Positions 1 to 13,340 of a DNA stretch of 64,000 nucleotides are shown here, piece after piece (the first letter of the stretch is position 1; every line of letters begins with the position of its first letter). The position numbers and the translations under genes are program-made. The DNA comes from Mytilus californianus. Its lineage: Eukaryota. Location of the stretch: positions 102,858,001 through 102,922,000 of the forward strand of contig NW_026262734.1 in the NCBI RefSeq assembly GCF_021869535.1, written 5' to 3'. The notes under the pieces were generated by a model. It did no database searches, was not told the origin of the DNA, and worked only from the letters and a program-made list of their open reading frames with translations.

Positions 1-1085
1 CCAAAAATATATATGGTTTCTATATACTTTTGTTTGAAACAAGTGAGATTAAATACAACTTCCGGTTTAAAAAATTGCACTTCCTGAACCATCAATTCAC
101 ACTGAATCTAAAGAAAAATGGTTTTAGGTACTTTTAGATGAGATCAGTGCAGGGAATGACTACTTCCGGTTACCAAATGGCACTTCTGTTGACCTTTCAA
201 CGTCATCTATCAACCAGCTTATGCAAAAGACCCATAGCTTTATCAAATATAAATATGAATTTATAGCAAAGGTCAATATCTAGAGGGTCAAGCTTTCTTT
301 TGACCTTGACCTTAATTTCAAGGTCATAAAGCAAGGACCTCAAATCAAAAGACCGTAGGTCTCTCCCCTATACGGTTAATGAGCTATATCACCATAATGC
401 TAAATTTAAATATAAGAGGGGAGAAAGCCCCTTTTTAAATGTCAACGTACCCTTTCAACCAAAATTTATTTGTTACGACATATCGCATCTAACAATTTCT
501 TAAAACATTTTGTCGATATCTTATACGGTTTTTGAGGAAGAGCCACAAAGCTTAAATCTTGACCTTTGACCTTTACCTCAATTTCATTTTGGTGGACCAA
601 GCACCTCAAATGAAACGATCATAGGTTCCTATCACTAACGGTTCATGAGTTACATTTACCTATCACTCATGTAAAATACAAAAGGGGAAATAACTCTCAT
701 ATGGAGTCTCAGTATCGCTTCTGTTGAAATTGACCGAAGCATCATGAAAATACTACAAGCCATTTGGAAAAATAAATTTGACGATTTCTTTTACGGTTGC
801 AAAGGAGATGCGTACACAAGAAAAACAGTATTTGGGGAGATAACTCTTACGATAAAAATTGTCGGTTAAACAGGTTGAGTTTCAAAAGCACAATAACTGT
901 TCGATATCATATTAAAAAAATCGTCTTTCAAGCGACATTTTGCGAAACCACAATCCACCGCAAGAAAAAGGGTTTGGCGGAAGAAGAAAAACAAATAATA
1001 ATCAGAACAAATACAATAGGTCTTTCTACTTTTCTGTAATAATTAAAAAGCAGTTGAAAAAAGAATAATTGAAGGTCTTTCCACA
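1..1085 (+). mobile_element. Non-autonomous Helentron/HINE-like element (5' end outside window)
   Basis: Recurrent TGACCTT and ACTTCCGGT motifs. The 3' end has AATAATAATCAGAACAAATACAATAGGTCTTT, as in the next copy. Homologous to 1100-2205. Confidence 0.55.
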
Positions 1086-1099
1086 TCAATTCTCTAAAT

Positions 1100-2205
1100 A
1101 ATTGATAAGGAGCTACTTCCGGTTAACGCAAAGTTATTTTTAACATCCAATTATAGGTTTCTTTATACTCATTCAGTAAATATTTGGTTTCTATATACTT
1201 TTGCCTTAAATGAGGGAGATAATTGTCAACTTCCTGTTTAAAAAATGTCATTTCCGGTCTCATATGATAGTCTTATTTAAACTGGTTCCAAAAATATATC
1301 CTGTTTGTCTATACTAATGCCAGTAATAAGTAGAATAATTGTCTACTTCAGGTTATAGAATGTCACTTGCGGTCTCACATGATATGTTTATATATGTCCA
1401 TTTAAAAAAGCTATGGTTTCTAGGTACTTTTTCATGAAATAAGTGCACAAATTACTACTTCCGGTTCACTCAAGGCAATAACTCTTTTAAGATGTCATTG
1501 GATTAGTTCAAACCAAATAAATGTATCATATCGTAATTACAATAAAGTAAACATTTTGCACTAGTTCTGTTATAAATAACTTTTAAAGTGCCAGAGAAAA
1601 TGCAAAAACAAACAAAAACTCGAAATTGAGAACATGACCTTGACCTTTGACCTAGACCTTATTTTTTTAAGATAGGACCCTAAGACCTCAAATAAAAAGA
1701 ACCGTAGGTTTATACGTTTACGGTTAATGAGTTACATAAACATAACGACACATTTATTTGGTAAAGGTAGATAACTCCTATAAATTTGACCGGATCGCTT
1801 CAATCCAAATCAGCCAAAAAGTACTGAGGATGTAACGAACAATTTAGAAAAATAATTTTGTTGATTTCTTTTATTGTTACGAAGGAGATGTACACACATG
1901 ATAAGCAGTGAATGGGGAGATCAAACTTACAAAGAAAATTGTTCGTCTTAGCAAGGTATACTTTAAAAGCGCATAAACTTTACGATACAATATAAGAAAT
2001 ATCTAAGCGAAGTAATGCGAAACAAAAATTTAACGCAAGAAATTTAGTGGAAGAAAAAAAATATTGATAATCAGAACAAATCCAAAAGGTCTTTCCACCG
2101 AAAAGTGGAAAGACCTAATAATAATCATGGAAAAGTGGAAAGACCTAATAATAATAATCGGAACAAATACAATAGGTCTTTCACAGAAAAGTGGAAAGAC
2201 CTTAT
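1100..2205 (+). mobile_element. Non-autonomous Helentron/HINE-like element with terminal hairpin
   Basis: Terminal palindrome GGTCTTTCCAC-cgaaaa-GTGGAAAGACC near 2088-2116, partly repeated to 2205. Internal similarity to 1-1085. Confidence 0.6.
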
Positions 2206-2499
2206 AATTAATCCAAATTATTTAAAGCGAACAAATTGACAAATTAAAAATCATTCGTTGAAAATATTGAGGTAGGTATATAGCCACACAATTCATTTCT
2301 CAAAGAGTCCGGATGTTGGAAGTGTAAAAGAATATGTGTGTTTGTTATTACATTAATGGTGCCAGTTTAAATCATGTTATAGGCATTTCGACTATTAATG
2401 TTTCATCAACGGTGCTTATTGTCGAAATATTTGTAAAAACATAACCATTGGTATTTTGCTATTGTCCTAACCACATTTTCGTCCTCTCGTTCCCGAATC

Positions 2500-2755
2500 T
2501 GACATCCCCGTATAAGACTAAAAGCCGGATTAGCGTGTCACGTGTGGATCTATAATCGATTACCCTTCCGGAGCACCTGAATGCATACCTGTTTTTTGTG
2601 GGATTCTATTTGATTCGTCTTTAGTTTTTTACGATTATATTGTTTAAAGGACTTCTTCGTTTTTTTAAGTCTTTTTCGATTTTTCCATGCCTTTGTTAAT
2701 TTTTTCGACTAACTGTGAGTTGTAAATGTTCCGTTTGTATATTTTGCCCCCTATT
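2500..2755 (+). mobile_element. Degenerate 3' end of Naiad-type Penelope-like element
   Basis: TTACCCTTCCGGAGCACCTGA followed by a T-rich tail, matching the better-preserved 3' end at 39660-39885. Confidence 0.55.
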
Positions 2756-3243
2756 TTACAACACTGTTTGAACAGCTAATAAAACTAAACAGAACCAAAG
2801 GTAAAGCCAACACCTAACTAGAAACCATAAGATAACACATAAGTAATGTGAGTAGCTCTAAAAATTTAAAGCAATAGTAATGCAATTGTAGCATTAACCC
2901 TAAATGAATTACTAATACATTGAAGCCGGAATTTAACGTATAAAAGAACAATCTTTAAGACGATCAGTTCATATAAAAACATGGTATACGTAATTCTTAC
3001 TACAATAAAAGTTCATATATGGTATGGAGTATATGAGAATATTATTTTTTACAATAACACTGGTCTACCACCAAATATTTAGTATTAATTTTAGTGAGAT
3101 TGTTTAAATGTTATTCTTTGTTGTATCTATGCTATTATTGACTTATGTTCATAATTGAGCTTTCTTTAATAAAATATTTCGTATTTCGTATTTCGTATAA
3201 TATTTCTCAGTATAAGAATTTTCTGATTAACTGTCGTTGGTTT

Positions 3244-3600
3244 ACTATAAAGGCAACAGTAGTATACCGCTGTTCGAAACTCATAAATCGATAGAGATAA
3301 AAACAAATCCGGGTTACAAACTAAAACTGAGGGAAACGCATCAAATATGAGAGGAGAACAACGACACAACAAAAACACAACATTAAAATGTAACACACAC
3401 AAAAAAGAACTATAATATAACAATGGCCATTTTCATGACATGGTACAGGACATTTTTTAGAAAAAAATGGTGGGTTGAACCTGGTTTTGTGGCATGCAAA
3501 ACCTCCCGCTTTTATGGCAATGTTAAATATAACATTAAAATGACAACATTACATGACATGACTACAATACATATAAATGGGAGAACATATAGGACAAAGA
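3244..3600 (-). repeat. Dispersed SINE-like repeat (tail GAACAGCGGTATACTACTGTTGCCTTTA)
   Basis: Reverse complement of the copies at about 18290-18600, 33650-33995 and 46570-47035. Confidence 0.75.
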
Positions 3601-3611
3601 AACACACGAAT

Positions 3612-3908
3612 AATAGCTAACAAAAAGTACTAGGTTTAGAATTTAATACGCCAGACGTGCGTCTCGTCCACACAAGACTTACCAGTGACGCTCAGATGAA
3701 AAAAGTTTAAAAGCCAAAACAAGTACAAAGCTGAAGAGCACCGAGGACGAAAACTTCCAAAAAGTTGTGCCTAACACGGCCAGGGTTTTCTGCCTGGGAC
3801 AAGAACATCCTTATTATTTAGAATAATATATACTTTTGCAAAGAGTAAATTTTATAAAATGACTATATAATAGATATACATGATAAAACTGAAGTGGGGA
3901 CTAACTAC
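3612..3908 (-). mobile_element. Retrozyme-like repeat with degenerate type I hammerhead (3648-3691)
   Basis: Minus strand reads GCGUCA CUGGUAA GUC-uugugug-GAC GAGA CGCACG UC UGGCGU. The core is mutated. Homologous to 56808-57152. Confidence 0.7.
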
Positions 3909-4972
3909 AGAATAAAAACGGATACATTACATAAAACAACTTACACAGGTAAAATAGCTACGGACGTTTCACGGATGTGGTAATAAACGTCCGTAAAACA
4001 TCCGTAATACGGATGTATTACGGATGATACGGTTACGTCCGTAAAACGTCTGTAAAAATACATCCGTAAAACGTACGTGTAAAAACTGATGTAAAACGGA
4101 TTTTCCGTTTCACGGACGTTTCTTAAACATACGTATTACGGACGTTTCTGCAACTTCCGTATTACGGCTATATCTTATTCAAAGATGTAAAAGTACCGTG
4201 CATGATATATGCACGATGGCTAATACATGCATAAAGTAAAATTCTTAACTTGCTTTCAACATTCTGCATGCCAGACATACATGTGTATAGTGAATCTCTG
4301 CTTCAAGCCTATAACTTTTAATATTTGCATAATATGAGTACATATGAAGTGATTTTTTTCCGAAAAGACCACATGATTTAATTAAAAGTATGAAATATTA
4401 AAATAATTAACTGACAATGTCAATGCCTGATTTATAATCCTTTTCTCCAGAGCATTTTTTTTTTATATACTTCATTTGCATAGGATTTTTCAATGAAATG
4501 CAGGAAATACTTGTACTTTAATGCAATGTTAACTGTACATGAAAACGTTTCAATTGATGCACTACAACACAGAGGCATCATTATAGAGGAAAGGGTTAAA
4601 TATAGCAATTTAATGAAAAGTGTATAGTAACAGGAACATATATATTGATATACTGTCAAGACTGTTCCCAGGTAGTAATTAACAAAATTAAATGGAAAGC
4701 TTCTTAACAACAGTCACGATGATTCAACAGTTTTCTCATTCTTTCATATAATATAAAAGATAGTGAGTCTCTAAACACTGAATTTTTTCATTGCTTCTTG
4801 ATGTTCATCATGAACATCCATTTATTTAATTTAAGATATGGTTGTACTTTTCCATCAACCATTTTAAAACATATCTTCCAAAAAAAATCTAGAAAAGGAG
4901 TCAACTTGTGAGTGAAATTATATAAAATTAAAACAATGTTAATTAAAAAAAATATCTTTTTCCTGTATGTAA

Positions 4973-5209
4973 GGTCAAATAAAAAAATATGTGTGTTTCT
5001 TACTTCCGCAACTACCCTATATTTTAAGCTTAGAAATAGCCTACCCTAAAGTTTTTTTGATTTATCAATAAGCACTGTTAAAGTCAGAATTTCTCTCCCA
5101 TCAGCCCATAGACTAAATATAAAAAAAAATTGTAAAATAAGAAAAATCCCCTACTTATCCTATTTTTTCAAAGATGTAATAGGAAACACACATATTATTT
5201 CATTTGGCC
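4973..5209. mobile_element. PIF/Harbinger-type MITE
   Basis: About 28-bp TIR GG(T/C)CAAAT...ATATGTGTGTTTC and TAA target duplication (4970-4972, 5210-5212). Confidence 0.75.
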
Positions 5210-5712
5210 TAATTAAGAAATAAATGTAATTGAAAAAAAATCTTTATATTTTTTAAAAGATTTCATTTTTAAAAGCTTGTCCTCACAATATTAAGTTGAA
5301 TTATACAAAGAGTACTTGGTGTCTTTCCCACAAACAACTAATGATGGATGGCTAATTAATTGCCATGAATATAGTTAAAAGAATATAGAAATCTAGCATT
5401 TAACCTTATTTGTAATGCTTGAGTAAAAATGACTGGATGTATATATATATTGTACAAGGCTGAATTAAAATTACCGCATACCTGGTTTCTTCAATTGCCC
5501 CACTTATGAAAAGGGTTAAATCCGTAAAATATACTCCTGTCAACAATGGCAACTCGCCTAACTTGGGTAAAATCAAAATGAATATAGAATATAAAAAAAA
5601 TAAAGGTCTGCCAACTCGCTGGTATTTACTTATCTACCCAGAAATTAGAAGACACTGATACAAAAAAATCGAAATTTAATATATGATATTTATTGATTTA
5701 AAATGATGTTAT

Positions 5713-7050
5713 AAATTTTAATAACTTTCTTAAACTATCCTGGATTTCTACCAAACTTGGAAAGAAGCTTGTTTATGATCATAAGATAGTATCCAGAAGT
5801 AAATTTCGTAAAAAAAAATTCCATTTTTTCCGTATTTTACTTATAAATGGACTTAGTTTTTCTGCCAGTTAACATTACATTCACTCTGTGGTTAAAGTTT
5901 TTAAACTATCCTGGATTTGTACCACACTTGGACAGAAGCTTGTTTATGATCAAATGCTAGTATCTAGAAGGAAATTTTGATAAAATTTTGTTCCATTTTT
6001 TCCCTATTTTACTTATAAATGGACTTAGTTTTTCTTCCAGTCAACATTACATACAGTCTGCAGTTTAAGTTTTTAAAACATTTATTAGATTCATGAATTA
6101 TCATGGATTTTTACCAAACTTGGACAGAAGCTACTTACATTCAAAAGATAGTATAGAGAGGAATATTTTTATTAATTTTTTTTCTCATTTTTGTTGAGCC
6201 TGTGATTAACAGCAAAAGTACGGAGACACTGGGTTCCGCGGAACCCTTACGAATTTTTGACAGAAAATTTATCCATTGCCAAGGTACATTGAAAGGTTTT
6301 TCTTTTATTAAAATCTGCACATATATTTATATTAATTTTTTATAAGCTTAACTGTTGATCTTCTTTCTGTTGTTTGCTTACATTTTGTTTCAATTCACTC
6401 AAAAGTAAAAGTATATAGTAAAGGTATAAATTAGTGAGCATCAATTCATACTACATGTAGTTTTTGTCTGGACTTCTTGATTAAATTATTTATATATACA
6501 ATTTTAGCTTGTTACCAAATGAAAGGAAAGTACAGTATTGACAATGATTGATATCACTGGTGAACATGTATGTCATGTAGGTGTGAATGTCCTGCAAAAA
6601 AGAACTGATATCAAAGTAAGTTCATCTGTAGAATTGCAGTTAATTTAAATAATTTGATGTTATCTTCCTAAAACTGTTTCAAGTATAACTGTACATTTCA
6701 TTATCACTGAACTAGTATATATATTTGTTTAGGGGCCAGCTGAAGGACGCCTCTGGGTGCGTTTATATACAGCTTTATAGCTGTACAGTTAATATACAGC
6801 TTTACGGATGTACATTCGATATGCATCTTGAGAACTGTACATCAAGATTACTTGTACTAAAGTAGCTGTGATATAGACATCAATCTTATTCTACGAGAAG
6901 AGAAAAAGGGGGGGGGGAATCAGAATCAAAGGCATGTATAATAGATGTGCCATTTGACTTTGGTACACTCAAAATGATTGCTACTACCTTGACAATGTCC
7001 AGTACGGGGTGACATCCTCCGCTAGTGTTAGAAAAACCTTAATCGCCATT
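5713..7050 (+). repeat. Near-identical segmental duplication, copy 1 (copy 2 at 11631-12960)
   Basis: Colinear over about 1.33 kb. Visible differences: one substitution in the HINE hairpin, a 9-bp indel, and G10 vs G11. Confidence 0.95.
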
Positions 7051-9070
7051 TCTTAAAATATGATTGTAGATTCATTATTTATTATTAAATTATTATGTAA
7101 TTTATGTATATATTTATTGTATCATAATCTATTTGATTCTTTTTTTAGCTGACTCAAAATCATGCATGATGATGCTGTTTGGGCCCCCTGGTTGTACATA
7201 GGAAGTGGACTCCTCGAGAAGATGAAAGGTCTGCTTTACATGTATGTAATGTAAATATAAAAATAAGAAAATGTGGTGATTGCCAATGAGAAAAAATAGA
7301 GGAATTTTTAAAAGTGTAAATTCACTTGTTTTTCAATCCTAATAAATCTGTCATATTGTAATGATAATAATGTTTAAATTACGTAATTATTTTCAAAATA
7401 AAATATTGTTTACACCAATGAGAAAAGACAACTCTCCACCAGAAATCAAATGACATTGAAGTTAACAACAATAGGTCACTGTACATCCTTCAACAATGAG
7501 CAAAGCCAATACCGCATAGTCAGGTTTTAAAGACCCTATATGAGAATCACAAATTTGTAAAATAATTCAAACCAGAAAACTAACAGACTAATTTATACAA
7601 TGTAATATATAAAAAACAGAACCAAAAATACAAAATATTATAAACAGCAACAAACGACAAACTGAACCACTGAATAACACTAACAGGCTTCTGACATGAG
7701 ACAGACGCATTCAAAAGGTTGTGGTGGGGCTAGACTAGTAGTTTGTGGTGCTAAACCAACCACCTTAGCTGAGATATTGGTGTGAAAAGGGCTTTTAAAG
7801 CAGATTTATACATCCCCAAAACTAAAAAGACTAAGTATAGATCTGAGAGTACTCCCAATTGCTAACAGCTAGTTCAAAGCCAATAACAACTTTCAAGGTA
7901 CATGCATTTACCACCAAACCTTGTCTCGTTTAGTCCATTTCTCAGATATTACCTTATATCAAATACTAGTTCAACTTTTGGTATAATTTAAACATTTTTG
8001 AATGACTTCAAATTTTAAAAAGTATCATGATTATTAAAATAACTTGATGGTAAGTTGATGCCCAAAGATTGGCATTATAAATCATGACAGATTCAGAGAT
8101 CCAATTATACATGTACATGTATATAACCGCTTTTGTACATCCCTTCATTCAAGGGTCATATGGATTTTATATGATGGATTAGATCATTAGAACATTAAAA
8201 TGATTAAATACTTTGATTTTTTATAGTCATTTTTATACGCCTGTCAAAATTTTTACGGGACATATTATGGTATACAAATGTCCGGCTTCCAGCCGTCTGT
8301 CTCTCTGGCGTCCACATGTCTTGCGTAGTTACAAGACTTTATAGCTACAACATTTTTAGAAGAATCAGACAACCTGTTGTTGGGTTGCTGCCCCTGAATT
8401 GATAATTTTAGGGAAATTTTGCAGTTTTTGGTAATTATCTTGAGTATTATTAGAGATAGAGATAAACTGTAAACAGAAATAATGTTCAGCAAAGTAAGAT
8501 CTACAAATAAGTCGACAGGACCAAAATTGTCAATTGACCTTTTAAGGAGTTATTGCCCTTTATAGTCAATTTTATTAACCATTTTTCATAAATTTTTGTA
8601 ATCTTTTACTAAAATCTTCTCTAAAACTGCTCGGCCAAATTTAACCAAACTTGGCCACAATCATTATTGGGGTATCTAATACTATTTATTATGATTTAAA
8701 CGTTATTTTACATGATTTCCAAAACCACAGTGGATACTGGTGAGTGACTGAGGCTCTTGGAAGCCTCTATTTTTTCAGGGAAAGGTAGTTGGTCTAGTTT
8801 TAAAAGATCAAACTAAGCCAATTTTGCCGGATCAAATATTAAAGGCAATTTTGGCAGATATTATAACTTCATTTCATTAACCATTATTTCTTTTAGCATT
8901 TTCAATGAAAGTACAAGTACTTTGAGAAGTAGGAGAAGCTAAGCAACAGAACAGAATTCATTTGGGTCATTGATGTCTAGATTATATAGTGGATTCATAG
9001 ATTGTCATATTGATTTATGTGCATATGAGCACAGAGGAGCAGTAGTCAATGAATAATTTTGTGATGAGAG
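6508..9070 (+). pseudogene. Decayed spliced gene inside the CACTA element (exons 6508-6615, 7149-7228, 8897-9070), with a possible Myb/SANT-like motif
   Basis: AG/GT-bounded, phase-compatible exons (0, 2, 2) join to MIDITGEHVCHVGVNVLQKRTDIK-LTQNHA**CCLGPLVVHRKWTPREDES-IFNE...IDCHIDLCAYEHRGAVVNE*FCDE. Several premature stops. Confidence 0.45.
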
Positions 9071-9655
9071 GTATGTTATTAAAAGGATGACTTTATTTGA
9101 ATATTTTTTTCTTGTCAGACTCGGTACATCATGTACATGTAGTTTCCAAGATTTTTTTAAAGTTTGAGGTCATAGAGGTCAAAGTTTTGATTCTTGTTGT
9201 GGGCAAGTCGAAAATTATACATGTTAGAAGTGACAAATTATTTTTTTTACAAAACCGTAAACAATTTGTTGATATTCGTGATGAGGTCAGTTTAAGGAAA
9301 CCAAGAAATAACTTATGGTAAAGTCATTAATATTGTGCAGTTGTAGTAATAATACTCCTTAGTACATTTTACTTAACTTAAATGTTGACAAGTTTCTGAT
9401 TCCTTGATACAGGTCTGAATTTGGATTGTAAATAAATATTTGACACATTATAGTTTTCTGAATAAATGTAGTCAAAGAACTTGACATTGGTAACACAGCT
9501 ACTTTTGCATAGCTACTATTTCTGTACCAAAATTATGCAGTACTGGAAATCTACTTTTAATATTTAGTACCATTTTGTTACTTTAAAATTATCATGATAT
9601 TAAGTTCCTGTATTTTACAGTACTTGATTTGTACTTGAAATTTAAGTACTACAGT

Positions 9656-10590
9656 TTTTATACCCCACGCAACGAATGTTTTTGACCCGTCAGTCCGTCA
9701 GTCCTGTTTCTTGTCATTGCAACTCCTCTCAAACCACACAACAGAATTTCACGAAACCTTTTTAGATAATAAGGACATACTATTTAGTTGTGCATATCAA
9801 CAGGAAATTACGATTCAATTCTTTTTCTAGGAGTTACGCCCCTTTGAACTTATTTACTTTAATGTACTACTGCAACAGTTTGTCATCGCAACTCCTCTCA
9901 AACTACACAACAGAATTTCATGAAACCTTTTCAGATAATAAGGACGTACTACGTAGATGTGCATATCGACAGGAAATTACGATTCAATTTTTTTTCCAGG
10001 AGTTACGCCCCTTTGAACTTATTTGCCCAATATACTACTGCAACTTTTTGTCATCGCAACTCCTCTCAAACCACACAACAGAATTTCATGAAACCTTTTC
10101 AGATAATAAGGACATACTACGTAGATGTGCATATCGACAGGAAATTACGATTCAATATTTTTTCCAGGAGTTACGCCCCTTTGAACTTATTTGCCCAATA
10201 TACTTCTGCAACCTTTTGTCATCGCAACTTCTCTCAAACCACACAACAGAATTTCATGAAACCTTTTCAGATAATAAGGACATACTACGTAGATGTGCAT
10301 ATTGACAGGAAATTACGATTCAATTTTTTTTCCAGGAGTTACGCCCCTTTGAACTTATTTGCCCAATATACTACTGCAACCTTTTGTCATCGCAACTCCA
10401 TTCAAACCACACAACAGAATTTCATGAAACTGTGTAGATAATAAGGACATACTATGTAGATGTGTATATTGACAGGAAATTATGATTAAATTTTTTTTTC
10501 TGATACAATTTTTTTCTTACACTTATTTTATTTCTCCAATGACAATGTGGGGACATGGGGTATGTGAGCGCGCTCACTAAGGTTCTTTAA
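9656..10590 (+). mobile_element. HINE-like element with internal 168-bp tandem array (about 4.7 units, 9712-10495)
   Basis: TGTCATCGCA-type motif at 9712, 9881, 10049, 10217 and 10385. Terminal hairpin GTGAGCGCGCTCAC. Confidence 0.85.
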
Positions 10591-11322
10591 TTTATTCATG
10601 TTTTTACACCGTTACATTTTCAGCATTTTGATAGTTTGTCTATTTTAAATCTCTTAAAGTTATGATTTTCAAACATGGAATATTATGATCACTGTGGGTA
10701 TTATTTCTGTACCAAAATTTTTAGTACAAAACAAGTACTGTAAAATACTGGTACCGTACCTAAATATTACAATAAGTTTTAAGTAAAGAAGTAGTACTAA
10801 ATATTAAAAGTAAATGTCCGGTACTAAAGATTTTTAGTACAGAAATAGAGTAAAAAGGATTAGAATGTACGAAAAATACTCTGGTTACCAACCAATCAAA
10901 ATCCGGCATTACTATATAAGGTTGAATTTATAAGGAAAATTGCATTGCAAGCAATCCCAAACAGGCCTACATTTCTTGTAGATGAATTATGAAAAAGTTT
11001 AAAAGAACAAACAATTTTTTTATACAACCACAATATGGGGTCGTATACTGCTACACAGTATACTGCTATCACATTGTTGTCCTTTAAAGACATTTGGTTT
11101 CTGGACAAAAAACTTTAGTTTAAGTGTATGGATCTCTTTAATCTAAAGGTTCAATACCCAGTGGCGGATCCAGAAATTTCCCCCCTATAATGTGTCTAAT
11201 ATTTGATTACAATCCAAATTCAGACCTATATCAAACTTAAATATTGTGTTCATTTTTACCCCAACTGTTCAGGGTTCGTTTCCAGCTTTGCTTGGGAAAC
11301 CGTTTATTGAAGTTTATTTTGC

Positions 11323-12175
11323 TTTTTGTCGAGCCTTCGACTTTTGTCGAAAAAGCGAGACATAGTGATCCTACATTCCGTCGACGTCGTCGTTGTCGGC
11401 GGTGTCCACAAATATTCACTCTGTGGTTAAAGTTTTTGAAATTTTAATAACTTTCTTAAACTATCCTGGATTTCTACCAAACTTGGACAGAAGCTTGTAT
11501 ATGATCATAAGATTATATTCAAAAGTAAATTTTGTAAAAAAAAAAATCCATTTTTTCCGTATTTTACTTATAAGTGGACTTAGTTTTTCTGCCAGGAAAC
11601 ATTACATTCACTCTGTGGTTAAAGTTTTTCAAATTTTAATAACTTTCTTAAACTATCCTGGATTTCTACCAAACTTGGAAAGAAGCTTGTTTATGATCAT
11701 AAGATAGTATCCAGAAGTAAATTTCGTAAAAAAAAATTCCATTTTTTCCGTATTTTACTTATAAATGGACTTAGTTTTTCTGCCAGTTAACATTACATTC
11801 ACTCTGTGGTTAAAGTTTTTAAACTATCCTGGATTTGTACCACACTTGGACAGAAGCTTGTTTATGATCAAATGCTAGTATCTAGAAGGAAATTTTGATA
11901 AAATTTTGTTCCATTTTTTCCCTATTTTACTTATAAATGGACTTAGTTTTTCTTCCAGTCAACATTACATACAGTCTGCAGTTTAAGTTTTTAAAACATT
12001 TATTAGATTCATGAATTATCATGGATTTTTACCAAACTTGGACAGAAGCTACTTACATTCAAAAGATAGTATAGAGAGGAATATTTTTATTAATTTTTTT
12101 TCTCATTTTTGTTGAGCCTGTGATTAACAGCAAAAGTACGGAGACACTGGGTTCAGCGGAACCCTTACGAATTTT
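11323..12175 (+). mobile_element. Full-length HINE (Helentron-associated) element
   Basis: Subterminal repeat TTTTTGT(C/T)GAGCCT at both ends, GTC-rich microsatellite after the 5' end, internal tandem units, and 3' hairpin GGGTTC(A/C)GCGGAACCC. Confidence 0.75.
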
Positions 12176-12960
12176 TGACAGAAAATTTATCCATTGCCAA
12201 GGTACATTGAAAGGTTTTTCTTTTATTAAAATCTGCACATATATTTATATTAATTTTTTATAAGCTTAACTGTTGATCTTCTTTCTGTTGTTTGCTTACA
12301 TTTTGTTTCAATTCACTCAAAAGTAAAAGTATATAGTAAAGGTATAAATTAGTGAGCATCAATTCATACTACATGTAGTTTTTGTCTGGACTTCTTGATT
12401 AAATTATTTATATATACAATTTTAGCTTGTTACCAAATGAAAGGAAAGTACAGTATTGACAATGATTGATATCACTGGTGAACATGTATGTCATGTAGGT
12501 GTGAATGTCCTGCAAAAAAGAACTGATATCAAAGTAAGTTCATCTGTAGAATTGCAGTTAATTTAAATAATTTGATGTTATCTTCCTAAAACTGTTTCAA
12601 GTATAACTGTACATTTCATTATCACTGAACTAGTATATATATTTGTTTAGGGGCCAGCTGAAGGACGCCTCTGGGTGCGTTTATATACAGCTTTATAGCT
12701 GTACAGTTAATATACAGCTTTACGGATGTACATTCGATATGCATCTTGAGAACTGTACATCAAGATTAAAGTAGCTGTGATATAGACATCAATCTTATTC
12801 TACGAGAAGAGAAAAAGGGGGGGGGGGAATCAGAATCAAAGGCATGTATAATAGATGTGCCATTTGACTTTGGTACACTCAAAATGATTGCTACTACCTT
12901 GACAATGTCCAGTACGGGGTGACATCCTCCGCTAGTGTTAGAAAAACCTTAATCGCCATT
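11631..12960 (+). repeat. Near-identical segmental duplication, copy 2
   Basis: Matches 5713-7050 and carries a duplicate cargo exon at 12426-12533. A third partial copy lies at about 13648-13745. Confidence 0.95.
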
Positions 12961-13109
12961 CATTTTTTCTGGTGTAAGAAGAGGAAATAGAGTATATTTC
13001 TCAATCTTACGTGTAAAATTGTGCGTTAGATATTTGACACTGAACAGCACAAAACGTATAGACAAGGAATAAACCAATGCAAAATGTGTCATTTTAGGCT
13101 ATACAAAGT

Positions 13110-13340
13110 ATTGATCAATCAATCAATTCATGATTAAAGTGATCAAATCATGATGGGAGATCAATCAATCAAGTTTTGATATCAAACAAGTAATTAATCA
13201 AGTGCAGAATTTGAAAAAAAACGTCCCCTCACCTTTTACAAACTGTCAATCAGTCGATCAATCAATCAATCAAACGATCGATCAATCAATCGATTGATTG
13301 ATCAATCATGATCACAAACCATCAATCAACCAATCCACAT
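13110..13340. repeat. Degenerate (ATCA)n microsatellite region
   Basis: Repeated GATCAATCAATCAA runs. Confidence 0.85.

Noticed and set aside
3731-3760. Plus-strand CTGAAGA...GAAA resembling a hammerhead core
   Set aside because: Stem II cannot pair. It is a chance variant within the retrozyme body.
9790-10441. Two overlapping ORFs of 171 and 173 aa
   Set aside because: By-products of a 168-bp (multiple of 3) tandem array inside a HINE. The 56-aa periodicity matches no recognisable domain.
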